From assembly GCA_024137785.1 (NCBI GenBank), contig JAHRHZ010000068.1:1293425-1357424 (forward strand): a DNA stretch of 64,000 nt, read 5' to 3'. The notes below the pieces were generated by a model. That model did no database searches, was not told the DNA's origin, and saw only the letters and a list, made by a program, of their open reading frames with translations. The position numbers and the translations under genes are program-made. The stretch comes from Ginglymostoma cirratum. Its lineage: Eukaryota. Positions 1 through 12,679 of the stretch are shown here, piece by piece. Position 1 is the first letter of the stretch; the number at the start of each line of letters is the position of its first letter.

Positions 1-236
1 GCCTCTTCGACTTGTCTGCCTCCTCTCCACCTATCCTCTCCTCTATCCATCCTCTATCCGCCTCCCCATCTCTCCCTATTTATTTCAGAACCCTCTTCCC
101 CTCCCCCATTTCTGATGAAGGGTTTAGGCCCGAAACGTCAAGTTTTCCTGCTCCTATGATGCTGCTTGACCTGCTGTGTTCATCCAGCCCCATGCTTGTT
201 ATCTCGGATTCTCCAGCATCTGCAGTACCTTTTATC
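1..236 (+). mobile_element. Penelope-like element 3' end / pseudo-LTR (young subfamily A), inserted at an HE1 SINE; truncated by window start
   Basis: C/T-rich tract followed by CTGATGAAGGGTTTAGGCCCGAAACGTC and tail ...CTCCAGCATCTGCAGTACC; same unit follows the GIY-YIG remnant at 36.2-36.4 kb; 122-236 is the exact reverse complement of 23882-23996. Confidence 0.85.
108..143 (+). ncRNA. Minimal type I hammerhead ribozyme motif (PLE-associated)
   Basis: ATTT-CTGATGA(112-118)-A-GGG-TTTAGG-CCC-GAAAC-GTC-AAGT: intact core, 3-bp stem II, loopless palindromic ACGT stem III, GUC cleavage triplet, short stem I ATTT/AAGT. Confidence 0.75.
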
Positions 237-492
237 CCCGTATCTTATCCCTGCATTTCCCATGACAGTCCACCTAGCCAACACATCCCTGGACACAATG
301 GGCAATTTAGCATGGCCGGTTCACCTAACCTGCATAATTCGGGACTATGGGAGGAAACCGGAGCATCCAGAGGAAACCCATGCAGACACAGAGAGAATGT
401 GCAAACTCCACACAGATATCGCCTGAGGCTAGAATTGTACCCTGGTCCCTCATGCTGTGAAGGAACAGTGCTAACCACTGAGCCACCGTGTT
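237..492 (-). mobile_element. HE1-type tRNA-derived SINE (V-SINE family), 3' part interrupted by PLE
   Basis: Reverse strand reads CACGGTGGCTCAGTGGTTAGCACTG...GTGTGGAGTTTGCACATTCTC...GGCCATGCTAAATTGCCC, matching the other copies in the window. Confidence 0.9.
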
Positions 493-1394
493 ACTTAGGC
501 ATGTAAAAATTTAAATTTGTCCCCAGGTGGTTTTATTGTTTTACATATAGCACAGAAGTTTTATTATGCTCTATTGCATTGTAGTTGATGTGCATCTAGT
601 ATCACAATGGATATTATCTTAGGAGTAGAAAATTATAATTAACTTGTGACAGCAATCTCAAGAAATGGATGTATCGATTTCCTGATGGTTTGGTAGCAAA
701 GTGGACAGAATGGTGCAGAATCATGCCGTGCAGGCTAAATATTTGCTAATTCAATTTCTGAATTACATTGAGACTTTAAATACCATTAGGCTATGTGACC
801 ATGGAGATTATTGTAACTGAAATCATTGTTCCCTCAACTAACATCAACATTTATTGCAATTGTGAGAAGTAGTTGGGAGATACCAACCTGGAAAATCTCC
901 CTTTCTTCCTTTGTCCTTTCTGTAGCTGAGGCCAACTGTGTAGTAGCCCAATAGCTGTCCAGAAAGGTCAGCTCGATCAGCGTGTATTAAGGATCATATA
1001 TAAGCCCATGCTGCTTTACATAGCTCAGTATCATGCTAGCTATAGAATTTACCTCTGAAGCTTTTAGCGAATCATATCAGCTATTTAATTTTTTTTTTTG
1101 CTCGCACTTATGTCCCCGTCACACAGGCTATTCCCTAGCTGTGGAGTGACAAGGAAAAGCCTTTGTCAAGTCATATGCCTGCCATGATTACCTTTATGGT
1201 TTAGGTTGGCTTCCTGTGGGGAATGACCTGGTTTTCTCCTCAGTCCCTATGGACTAGTTGATATTGGTAATTTCTGTTTGAGAGCATCTGAGGGGAGAAT
1301 CCACTGTGCATTGCAGCAGGGCAGTATTGGAAAGACACTGTGCCATAGTTATACTCTTAATAGGGAGGGAGGGAGGGAGTGGGAGTGGGAGTGG

Positions 1395-1610
1395 TGGGTT
1401 GGTTAGCTGGATGGTCAGTGTGTGATGCAGAGCAATGCCAACAGTGAATGTTCAATTCCCACACCGGCTGAGGTTACCATCAAGGACTTTCCCTCTCAAC
1501 CTGTCCCCTCGCTTGAGGCATGGTGTTCTTCAGTTTAAGCCACCAACCTATTGTGTCTTCTAGCAAGAGAGCATCCCCATAGCCTGGTCGGACTATGCCA
1601 ACTTAGCCTT
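1395..1610 (+). mobile_element. tRNA-derived SINE with Meta-like central domain
   Basis: B-box-like GTTCAATTCC followed by GCTGAGGTTACCAT...TCTCAACCTGTCCCCTCGCTTGAGGCATGGTG...AGTTTAAGCCACC; second copy in reverse at 48560-48708; Meta-domain assignment from memory. Confidence 0.6.
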
Positions 1611-1952
1611 TACCTTTTCCCAATGGAAGGGATTTTACTATACACTATTTTTTTTTGCAGATGTACGTGTTAACATTGAAGACATCATCGGTATCACCCA
1701 TTTTTAACTTGGGAATTATTTCACAGCCGTAGTTTTTAATTTGTGATAAAAATAGTTTTACTTCATCGAAAAGCAGAAAGGAAAACTTTAAATATGGGAA
1801 ATCTGAAATGAAAACAGCTTATAAAGTAAAATAAGTTAGCATTTGTTAAAAGAAGGCAGTTCACATCAGATTCTTGATAGTGCCAATGATAAGTTTTATC
1901 TTTTTGTTAGATAATGCTGCTGCCTCTACACAAATAATTGCTATTACAGTTA

Positions 1953-2133
1953 AATAGAATAAAGAGCTGCAGATCTGAAATGAAAACAGAAATTGCAGGT
2001 GAAACTCAGCAGGTCTGGCAGCATCTGTGGGGAGAAAGCAGAGTTAATGATGATGAAGGATTACCAGACTCTGCTTTCTCTCCACAGATGCTGCCAGACC
2101 TGCTGAGTTTTGCCTGCAATTTCTGCTTTCATT
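1953..2133. mobile_element. Fold-back (hairpin) PLE pseudo-LTR derivative, family B
   Basis: ~66-bp inverted arms 1979-2044 / 2068-2133; loop contains TGATGAAGG hammerhead remnant; flanked by ATTGCTATTACAGTTA (1937-1952) / ATTGTTGTTACAGTTA (2131-2146). Confidence 0.8.
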
Positions 2134-2589
2134 GTTGTTACAGTTAGTTGTATTTTAAATAAAAGCCTATTTCTGATGTTCACAGCATTAAATAATCAAT
2201 AAAACTAAGGATTCACCGTTTAAGAAGTGACATTTTTCTCTTAATAAATGTGATTGATAAGATTGTGAAAGTTATAGAAGTGGCAGGAGAACGCGATGTT
2301 GTGGTAGCTATATTTGGTTCAAGATATGATTTGCAAGCCTCAGATCTGTGTTTAAAGTGTTTATTCTATGGTAGTTTAAGTAGCCAAATAATCAAGATAG
2401 CCGTAAGATCCATGATTATATTAGCAGATGAGTTCCTGACAGCATTTAAGTAATGCAGGATGTTGTTCACTTAGCTGCCTTACATGAGCATAGTGGTGTG
2501 TTGAGAACTCTTTGAATAATGCATTTGACTCAGAGTTCAAAGCATTATATTAAGCACAGGTTTCAGACCACAAGACTCTTATTATTTAA

Positions 2590-2940
2590 TGAGGGACACA
2601 GATAAGGTTGAATGACAAGGGTTTTTTTCCCCGAGGGTGGGTGAGTTCAAAACTGGGGTGTATATTTTTATGTTGAGAGGAGAAAGATTTGAAAAGGAGG
2701 GGCAACATTTTACACAGAGAGTAGTTTATGTGTGGAATGAACTGTCAGTGTAAGTGGTGAATGCAGGTACAGTTGCAGCGTTTAAAAGTCATTTGGATAA
2801 GTTCATGAATGGGAAAGATTTGGAGGGATATGGGCCAAACACAAGTGGATGGGACTAGTTTAGTCTGGGAACACAGTTGCTGTGGACTGGTTGAACTGAA
2901 GGGTCTGTTTCTGTGCTTTTTGACTCTATGACTATGACTA
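2590..2940 (+). mobile_element. CR1-clade LINE 3' end (HER1-like)
   Basis: Typical CR1 ORF2 end (TTTACACAGAGAGTAG..TGTGTGGAATGAACTG; TTTAAAAGTCATTTGGATAAG) then GAAGGGTCTGTTTCTGTGCT and (CTATGA)n tail. Confidence 0.8.
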
Positions 2941-5900
2941 CTTTAAAAGGACAAGAATACTAAAAAGAAATTGCAGTCATTGTCTGAAGACTTTTTTAAA
3001 AGTTGATGCTTGCAATAGTAATTTATCACACTGTGGTGTATTGCAGTCTGAATGAACATTACAGTCACAATGCTGGTTACGAATTGCTGCAGTGACTTTG
3101 ATTAAGATAATTTTCAATTGCTGCTTTACTGAAACAAAATTAAATCCATCAAAAGTAAAACCTAATTGGGTCCCCCTAAAGAGCTTCTTTATTTACTAAA
3201 GCAGCATGTGTTCAGTAAAGCTGTCATTTAACATTTGTAGACTCCTCTGTAGATCTCAAAATTTGCCTTGTCATAGTCGCAGCACTTATCTGCAAAGATA
3301 CCTTATTTTAACATTTAACATTTGCTTCCCCTTCTCATAGGTCTTCTTCCCAGTTCAAGTCAAGTAATTGGCTGAGTTCTTCTTCTCATTTTAGCTGGCC
3401 AGCTGCCAGTGTGAAACCATTGTCTGAGTTGGTGATGATTGAAATTAACGTGACATTTGTGCAGTGGTAATGGAATACGTTAGTAATTAATTTCATGACT
3501 CTGAGGAAGGTTCCATCATCCACCACCTCTGATCAGCAGGAGGGGAGGGGGAGATGATGAAACTCTCCCAGCAGGCACTGTACTGCAGTAGTTAGCCCAA
3601 CTCAGTGTCAAATTTAGTTCTGAAATCTTCCAACAAAACTGAAACAGTTGTTAATTTATTACAAAATATGTCACTCATTTTTGTTTCAAAACAATGTAGC
3701 AATTCAAAATGTAATTATAAAAATTAGAAGTGGGGACATTAATGAGATTGGATTAATGAACGCAATGCCACACTGTTAGACTTCACTGTCTTTTGAAAAG
3801 AAGCTTCTCAAGATATATTTTGTTTCAAAATAATTTCTGTGAAACTCACCTAACATTTCGATGGCTACTTACTGCAGTGTAGTCTCTTGCATCACATCCT
3901 TGTATCCAACTGTCTTAAAAAAAAACCTTCTAAATATTCAGGACGTTTCTGTTCTGAAAACACAGATAATATTGTTTCATGTTTAGCTACAGTTGCTCGT
4001 TATTTTCTTTAGTGATAGACTTTAGAATCAAACAGGCTAAATTTAAATTAGGTTTTTTTTAAGCCTTTCTTTTGACCAAACATGGGTGGGAAATAGACTT
4101 GGGAATAGTGCAAAACAGGCAATGGTGAATTGGCAGCATATTTATACCCTGCCTGATTCTCTTTTCCATTAAATCATGGGTGTAAAATAAGTTAGTGATT
4201 CACATTCACTCTGTACATGTCCTTCAGTACATTATAAGAGCGAAGGGTCAATTGTTCACAGCACTCAGAAATTACACAGCATTGAAGCCCAAGTTAAATG
4301 ATAACTTCATGTTTTGTTCCTGCACTCATCATGCCAAACATTTACATTGTATGTAAAGTCAAGAGTTGATCTTTTAAGAATTCTTGATGGATCATTCATG
4401 TTGTAGACACACAGCTCATCGAACTCCAGAGCACCATGCTATTAGATTGGTTGTTAAAATTATACATAGGGAAAGTTACCCTATCCCCATTCTGTGATTT
4501 CTCTATGAGAGTCTGAAAATTGGAGTGTGAACCATTCAGAATTTGTAAAGTTTGTAGCAATTGATTAGAGAGCAGCGCTGACCAAGGCTACAAAGTAGGC
4601 CACTTGGGTGTTTCACAGAGCTGGGTTGTAGTGTGTGATCCTTCAAAACTTAAGACACAAATACTTAGAGTCATTTTTTTTAAAAGAGAGAAATTATGCA
4701 CCTGTCCTGTTGAGGAGTGCAGTTTTAAAGAATTGGAGTAGAAACCAACCTATTTGTATATATTTAACGATGTTTTCCTTGTCATTATGTAATTTTTTTT
4801 GGTGATGCAATTGTTAAAGCAAGTCTTCACTGCATTCTGAAATAGTTTGGGGTACTAGTTCATTTTCCTTTAACTTAATTCATTATTTATGACAATTTCC
4901 TTGCAACATTCAAATCACATCAAACATTTTTGTAGCTTTGGTGAGTGTGATACTTATGGCAGGATTGTATTTGTGAACTCATTTTACAGAATGCTGGTGA
5001 ATTTCAATTTGTATTCAGTTAAATTAGTTCAGTTTTTTAAAGTGAAAGTGATTGAGATTATTGTGTGTGGATACATAGGCAATTTGTGAATTGATTTAGT
5101 AGTGTGAATGAACATGTGTATGCTTGTGAATTTGCCTGTGTTTAAGTTGTCAACTGTTGTCGTATGTGCATTCTAGCTGAAGTAAAATTTTGACCTCTGG
5201 TATGTTCGTGCATAGCAAGTATCTTTTTAACTGAATTTAGTCAAGGACAGTGGTGAGGGTTATTTTAGCGAATTTGCTTGAGTAACAGCTTTGTTTTGCA
5301 ATAAAGTATCTGTTTAAATATCTTAATGTCAGTGGGGATATTTTTGAATTATTGCTTTAGCTGTTGCGTCAGTTATTGTATATTACTTCATGGTGTTGCA
5401 ATCGAGGAGCTCAGAAATTCTAGGCAGATTAATAGTTGGTTTTGCTGACAAAGTGTTGTAATTTGTTTCAGTTGTACCCAACAGAGTTAGTCTCTGTTCC
5501 TCTTTTACAACAGCATTGGGACTTTGAGCTGCAAGCTAGAGAAAGCAAGTTACACATGGTAGAATATACAATAGAATCAGTGAGGAGAGCAATAGAGAAG
5601 TGTTGGTGGAGAGATTGAGAAGGGAAAACCTGAGACAATGAACTGAATATTCACCCAGCCCCTGAATCATGTGGGCAGTGGCAAGACATTTGGGAAAGTA
5701 CAAAGAGAAAGGAAAAATGAGATTCTCAACATTGAGAGAAAAAAATCAGATTTTACACATAAAGTTTCAGTGGTTAAGTGAGACTCTCATTGGCAAGTTG
5801 TGAGAGACCTATTTGAATGCATTAAAATCACATTGTTACCTAATCTTGCCTCTTATCCAAGGCAAAAGGGAGAAATTAGATGGTGACAGTTTCTGACATG

Positions 5901-8689
5901 GAAATCAAAGCAGTTGCCTGGCAGCTGTTGCTTGCCGTCGACATACGTGGACATCCATCCTGTGTAGCATAGCCCAGTCTCTCTGCATGTTGCATTGGCA
6001 GTGATCATGGACGATGGCATCGTCTAAAAAGCACCAGCCTCATGTCACATCTCAAATGAACTTAAAAACAGTTCACCACTTCAATACTACAATTTGGACC
6101 AAATCAACTCCTTACATCAGTAATGCTGCTGTCAAGGCCTTTTGCATGCAGGAACAGGTACTCTTCTCATGCATTGGAACAGGGTGCATCTCAGAGCTCT
6201 TAGCTTCCTTTCTTAGCGCTGGCACACTTTGTGTTTACCTGGATGTTCACAGCATCTCCGCCTTGCCTTGAATTGCTTTTTGTGCTTTGCTGCCTCATTC
6301 CGAACTTATAGGCTCACAGTCCTTCTGTCTTGGCTGGCCCCTCTGTGCAGACTCAAATCCAGGCAGCTTGTCATGTTTGCCAGTAATGATCAGTCAAGGG
6401 GGCAGACATGTTGGTGTATGGCACCATGCCTGTCACCAGTCAGCTACTTACCCTGCACTTTCACTTTATTGTGACATCATTCCACTATTGGTCTCACTGA
6501 AGTTATGCCCCTGGATCTGGATCTCTTTATCTCCTCCCGCTTGCTGCCGCTTCCACTGTATCATCTTCCTCAGTGGTAGAGGAGGAAATTATGTCCAGAG
6601 AGGTTCATTTATTAATGACAAAGGCTGTGTGGATGCTGTTTGTGCCCTGCAGAAGATAGGAGAAGGAATGAGTAATGAAATACAATAAGGAGGTTGATCA
6701 TGTTAAACATATGCTCACAGTGGTATTAATGTAAGAGCAGTGTAGGACTTGGCAATGAATTTTACCTGATTACCAAGGCATGCTAATCTTAGCATCATGC
6801 ATGAGCAGTCATGGATAACATTAGCATCATCTTGGAGTTATTTGCACAAAATAATCTGTACATTCTAACCTTGTATGTTGTTCCTGTTAGAAAGCATTTT
6901 GAAATACGGTCAGAGACTTCCCTGGAAATTAAATGAAACCATATTTAATTGCTAGAGACCTTAGGGCACAGTCTTCCCCTCTGGAGGTGCAAGCAATGCA
7001 AGTAATTTGGTAAGTTGTCCTTGGAGAGGAACTGGCGCACTTCCTGCCACCTCACCAATTAAGAGCTGGGTGAGAATGTCCATTGGAGACAGAGAGGCAA
7101 TAAAAGTCCTTTGGGGCTCCACTGACAGCCTTCCTAATTGGCATGCCTTTCAGCAGATGAGAAAAGTGGCTGGTTACCCAAATAAATAACCACGCTGACT
7201 TGCCTGCAGGTAGGGTAAGGTAGGGCATTTGCTCCAATCAGGTATCACTAGGAGGTATGGATGGGAATCATAGGGCTGACATCTGAAAACCACCTCTTTG
7301 CCTTTGCCTCTGATCTCCCTATCCACGTCTAACTCCCTCCAATCCCCTCCCCAACCACAAGAAGCAATAAAGAGGGTCTACCTTCTCCCTGTGGAATCCC
7401 CTGGAGGTGACAAGCGATAATCTTTGGGACCCAGAAGTAGTCAGAATTTGATTAGCTTGCCATTTGGCAAGCTGGGATACCATTATTGAGAGCTGTGATT
7501 CAGTGAGAAACTTGCTGGTCAGCTCTTAACCAGCTGTTTGGCACATAATGTGACATCTTTTCCCAGGAGTGGGCGAGTAAGTCAACATCCAGTAAGCATG
7601 CCCCATACTTCGTCTGAAAAAGGGAAATCCTGGTGCTAGCGTGAGAAATTGGTCTTGTGGGCACCAGTTTTTGAATTTGCAATGCCAGTAGTACCCTTAA
7701 TAGGTAAAAATGAGATGCATGACACCCATGCGGATTTATCAAGTGAATTACTGTGTACTTTATGTTAGTGTAGGTATTTGCATATGGACAACATATGCTC
7801 TACAGAAAGCTGTAGAGTAGTCAGATCATGTCTTGTGTTGTTAGAGCATTTTCCATATCCAAAATTTAGAAGGTGGTTTGATCAGAATTTTCAAGATGTG
7901 GACATAGTATCTCAAATCAAGCTATCTAAAAACTGAATTGTCCACAAACTGGACAGTTTCTCTTAGTTGTTGCACCTGGCTTAACAAAAGTGCAGGAATG
8001 AATTTTCCATTGTTGGTCTTGGCCCACGGGACAGAATCAGCAAGAGTTGTGCACTCATAGGTCTGGAGTCCATTTCAGCACTTTAAGATCAGCCTTGTTC
8101 ACGGCCTCCCTATTCTCTCAACACGGAGCCTGTTGCATAGGTGGAAACATTCTGATTGCAATAGTACTGGCTGCTTTCAGGGTTAGAATCAGAAATCTGA
8201 CATTTCTCTTTGTCCTGTTACTGCAGTTCCAGTGAATATACTTTTCCTAAAAAGAATCATTCAATGTAAGATAATAATTTTTAAAAATTTTGCCAAATCA
8301 AACTTCTAATTCTTCACTGTTTCTGCATGTAACGATAATGAGAATTTGTGGCATATAAGCATTCTCTATCCTGTGATCTATAACCTGGTAACATTTATGA
8401 CATTAATGATCATTACAAAGTATGCTATAGAAATAGCCTGTGAGCTGGTTTCAAAATCTGGTAAAATCTGCCATGGTCTTGGTCCAAAGCATGCTGGATT
8501 GCAGCCCACTTAACACACATGTACGGACCCTGTCTCTAACCTATCCTTTAAAATTTGTACAGTATTTCAATCTGAGCAACTGTGAAATCAAGTGATTTGC
8601 TTTGTCTTCATCGTCACTTCCTACTCGATCATATTTGACCTTTTGTTTATCTGAAATAAAAAAAAACGATCATATACTACATTGAAAAT

Positions 8690-8825
8690 AAATGTAGGAT
8701 TTGGCCATTTGGCCCCTCGAGCCTGCTCTGCCATCCATTATGATCATGGCTGATCATCCAACTGAGTAGCCTGTCCTTGCTTTTCCTCCATATCTTTTGA
8801 TCCCTTTAGCCCAAGTGCTATATCA
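8690..8825 (-). mobile_element. CR1-clade LINE 3' end fragment
   Basis: GGCCATTTGGCCCCTCGAGCCTGCTCTGCCAT...GATCATGGCTGATC is the reverse of a CR1 3' UTR; similar piece at 40020-40110. Confidence 0.65.
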
Positions 8826-9402
8826 CTTTATGTGAGAAGTGGGAAAATGTAAGAAATACATGTTTATGCCATCTGTACCTTGTAAATCTGAAGAAAGTGT
8901 GGATGAGGGGTAAGTGGGAAGTGAGAAGGTGGATTAAACATGTGGATACCATCACCTTTAATTGCTTCAGTCCCAGTGCTGGCCATAACCTCAGAAATGC
9001 TTATTTACTTCTGACCAGTACCTTCTCCGTGGGGTAAAACGTGTAGGTGAGCCTGAGATCTGTAATGTGAATTGGCACTGACAGTGTTCAGGGTGAAGGC
9101 CTCGTCTTTGTCCGGAAGTACTTTGCTACGTCTGCTGTTATGTAAGGACATGAAAAGTGTAGACAATGTGCTAATTAACAGCAAAACAGTTTAGAATATG
9201 TATCAAAATATCGTAGAGAAATTAGACTTTGGTAGATCTTCAGTATTTCATCTTTGTATATTTCACTTGTTGGAGTTGCTAACCCCTGAAAGTAAAGGTT
9301 AGATGATTAGTTTCATTGGTAGAATCACATGGTGATGCTATCTGAAAAAAAAAATATGCCAAGTCAATCTTTAGACGGAAATGCTGACTTACCTAGACTT
9401 GT

Positions 9403-9658
9403 GGTGGCATGGTGGCACAGTGGTTAGCACTGTTACCTCACAGAGTTTGATTTCAGCCCTGGGTGACTGCCTGTTTTGGAATTTGCACATTCTCCCTGTT
9501 TCTGATGGCTAGGTGCTTGGTTTCCTTCCTAGATAGATTTGCCATGCTAAATGTAGGGTTACAGGTATTGGGTGGGATGCTGTACAGAGGGTCAGTAAGA
9601 TGACACAACACAATGGGCTGAATGTCTTCTATCTACAGGGTAGGAATTCTGTAATTCT
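9403..9658 (+). mobile_element. Diverged HE1-type SINE
   Basis: GGTGGCACAGTGGTTAGCACTG A-box head, TTTGCACATTCTCCC, GCCATGCTAAAT, ends GTAGGAATTCTG. Confidence 0.8.
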
Positions 9659-10024
9659 GATACACTACTTGATGTAATTTTAATCCAACTGGACAGAGCT
9701 GTGATATTTTTAGTCATTGATAAAATTGTGAGTTGAGATAATAATCAGTGGTAAAACACTTGCAATATTTGGCTGGAATATCAGAAAAACATCTAACAAA
9801 AGAAATGTATAAAATGCAGTTTGGAAAATGTGTTTAGAAAGTTTGAGTTTGTTGGATGAATGATTAGCTTTTTTACAGTCCCTCTCTGATTTTATAATTC
9901 AGGCATTGTGATCGCTTATGTTTGATGATTTTGAGAGTCCAAAAATTATCTCCATGATTTGTAATTAATGTAACGAGCAAATGTATGGAAGCAGCGGAGC
10001 CAAATTTAAAATATAAAGATAACA

Positions 10025-10190
10025 TGGAGTTCACATTTCAGGTTTGTGACCTTTCATTGATGAAAAGCCACAGATTTGAAATGCTAATTCTGTTGTTCCT
10101 TCCACAGAAGCTACCTAACCTGTTGAATATTTCTAGCCTTTTCTGTTTGTATTTTATATTTCCAGGATCTGTAGCATTTTGCTTTTCTAT
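10025..10190 (+). mobile_element. Old PLE pseudo-LTR remnant (family B) with decayed hammerhead and short inverted lead
   Basis: TTTCAGGTTTGTGACCTTTCAT inverted to TGATGAAAAGCCACAGATTTGAAATG, followed by CCACAGAAGCTACCTAACCTGTTGAATATTTCTAGC similar to family-B arm. Confidence 0.55.
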
Positions 10191-10802
10191 AAAGGTAGTT
10201 TACCAAGTGTTACAAATCTGTGCAGCTTGATATTTTGAATTTTATCCTCTCAACATGCCTTTTCAATTCAAAGAACTGTGTTTTCACTGAAATAGATCTC
10301 CCAGTGAAGATAAAAGCGTTAAGCACTGATGTGTCATAAACGTGGAGCTCAACACTTCCAAACTAATTTCCAATGTGACTTCATTTTTACACTTAAAGAT
10401 TAACAAGTCCCCAGACTCCAACGAAAGCAAATCAGCAATAAAGTAACACTAGTAGTATTCAGCATATAGTGATTAAAAATTAGACATTATAGATTGACAG
10501 ATAATATTTAGTACAAATATGAAAATCTGTTGCAAAGAACTTTAAAAAGTGTTTTTTTTATACACTTACCAGTCTACTACTTCATCAGAGTTGCTGCAGT
10601 TCATGGACTTTGGCCAAGAAGTAGAGGAAGTGTAGGTAAAGGAACTTGAGGTAACTAATGTTGGAGCCAAGATCATTCCTGCAGAGGTAGGGTGATGGGG
10701 CTGGCTCAGACAGGCTATGTCCCATCAGAGGATGCATTGCTGCAGGTTTCATGCTTGGGATCAGGCTTTATAAGGAAAGTTGAGTGCTCCTGAATAAACA
10801 TA

Positions 10803-10921
10803 GGACTCTTGTGGCACAGTGGTGGAGTCCCTAACTCTGAACAAGGAGGCCTGGATTCAAGTTCCACATGCTCCAGAGGTGTAACACAACATGTCTGAAT
10901 AGGTTGATTAAAAAATGTCTA
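10803..10921 (+). mobile_element. Short (~115 bp) tRNA-derived SINE
   Basis: A-box TGGCACAGTGG, B-box GATTCAAGTTC, 3' part CAACATGTCTGAATAGGTTGATTAAAAAATGTCTA; homologous copy at 37670-37790. Confidence 0.7.
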
Positions 10922-11714
10922 GAACATAGATTGACAGTTACTGGCCATTGAGGTTGTAACCATTTTCCATAATCCCCAGTGACAGAAGACTCAGTGAAGC
11001 ACCCATATAAAGAATCCATAGCGTGGAGAGAAAATCTGAGTGATGAGCAGTAGGAAGGCAGAGCTAAACACCATATGGACTATGATGCTAGGGTGCAATC
11101 TCAGAGGAAGGAGAGTTCAAGACCTTCATTGCTTCTCGTGTAACTCTAATTGGGGTTTCAACCCATAATTTTGGAATGGTTGCTGTACGATTAAGTATAT
11201 AAATATCAAAGTTTATAGAGTGTACATGCTAGATTATGATTGAATAAAAATCAGATGTATGATTGTACATTTTTAACATTGGATAGCTGTCTGTGCTAAA
11301 TTTAGAGTGTGAAAGAAGGAAGGAATACAAATTCGAATACAGTTTATTTAGAAGTGGTTGCAGATTAAGTTTGCAGTGTAATTGTTCATTGAATGTATAT
11401 TCTTAATAATTAACAAAATAAAATATTATCAATAACAACTTTAATGGAGGTATTTTCTAATTTTTTTATTTCTATACTTGCAGTTAATGTGGTCTTCTAA
11501 AAGTCCACATAAAAAGAGCTCAATTAAATCCTGTTTGCGTTGAGTTTATGATGGTGGCAACTTTGTATAAATCACGTTTCTATTTGCTCAAGTCTAAAAT
11601 AATCTGGATATTAATAAATTTTAAAAAGTTTAAAGGTGTTTAATATTAATATATTTTAAATAATTTTAGCCCAAGATCATGAAATTCACTAATTTTTCAT
11701 GTAATAATGTGTTA

Positions 11715-12080
11715 ATTAAGGAAAATGATTTGCTCATCTTTAGCTGTTCTGGCATTGTATGTATTCGTCTTGTACTTTGCTAGTTTGGCAACAATATTTT
11801 CCTGAATGCAATTTGAGACACAAGATGTAACTCCTAATTATTACAGTTGATAAGTTACTTCCGTCATCACTCTCCAAATATTCTTCCAGTTCCATATCTA
11901 ATTCTGATTCCCTGCCTCTATGTGGCCGATTCTGGCTCTCCTCACACATCACACCAATATAAATGTCCTCCAAATCCATTTCTTCATCTTAAGCCTTGGT
12001 CACCCCTCCTAGCACACTTATGATAACTTTTTTTCTACTCACTTAGTCCCCTTTGAAGTGTTTTGAGACATTTTCACTGT
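11715..12080 (-). pseudogene. Degraded acidic C-terminal reading frame of unknown origin (possibly end of the viral-like gene)
   Basis: Minus frames read KKVIISVLGGVTKA*DEEMDLEDIYIGVMCEESQNRPHRGRESELDMELEEYLESDDGSNLSTV then (frameshift) QENIVAKLAKYKTNTYNARTAKDEQIIFLN*, followed by very AT-rich UTR-like DNA. Confidence 0.3.
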
Positions 12081-12679
12081 TAAAGCATTGTAGTTTAAAA
12101 AAAAATCTTTAAAATTCTGTTATAGCCAGTATATTTCATGGGACAAATGTTTACTACATTTCTGTATCTGTAGAAAATAACAATGTGGAACACAGCCTAG
12201 GTTAATATCTCAGTTTATTCATAGTTATTGTCATTTTGTTTTTGAAGACAGGAATGGAGAATATGCCTCTTTATAATAGTTGAATATAATATTCTAAACG
12301 TTTGACTTTCAACATATGCAAAGCCAATGAAAAGTGATTTTACACCTTCCCAACAGAGAGGGCAGTATAACTAAATGTTCAGCTCATGCGTTGTATTACG
12401 TTGCTTCCTATTCTAAGAAAAAAACCTATTCATTCCGATTTAAAATTGTATACAGATATATAATTTATCAGAATACAACATGGCTAAAGCAATGTCAACA
12501 ATACCTGAAATTTAACAAAGTTGTGTTGCGTATTTGTTTTAACTGTAATCATAATCAAAACAAATGTTACCAATATTGTTGAGTAATTTTGATGTAAAAA
12601 TTTTTCTTTTTTTTAACCACCCAATATGTCTTTAAAAAAAAATCATTGTTTGAAAAGAATTAATGAAAAGAACATTTTG

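Noticed and set aside
12-506. 164-aa ORF and similar ORFs over HE1 copies (e.g. 61470-61837, 38723-39039)
   Set aside because: Chance frames across PLE pLTR and HE1 SINE sequence; the same pseudo-peptides recur at every SINE copy
1979-2133. pre-miRNA hairpin or DNA-transposon MITE
   Set aside because: Arms match PLE family-B pseudo-LTR and the flanking duplication is ~16 bp, not a DNA transposon TSD
12414-12424. TAAGAAAAAA as mononegavirus gene-end signal
   Set aside because: Wrong strand relative to the decayed frames and expected by chance in AT-rich DNA
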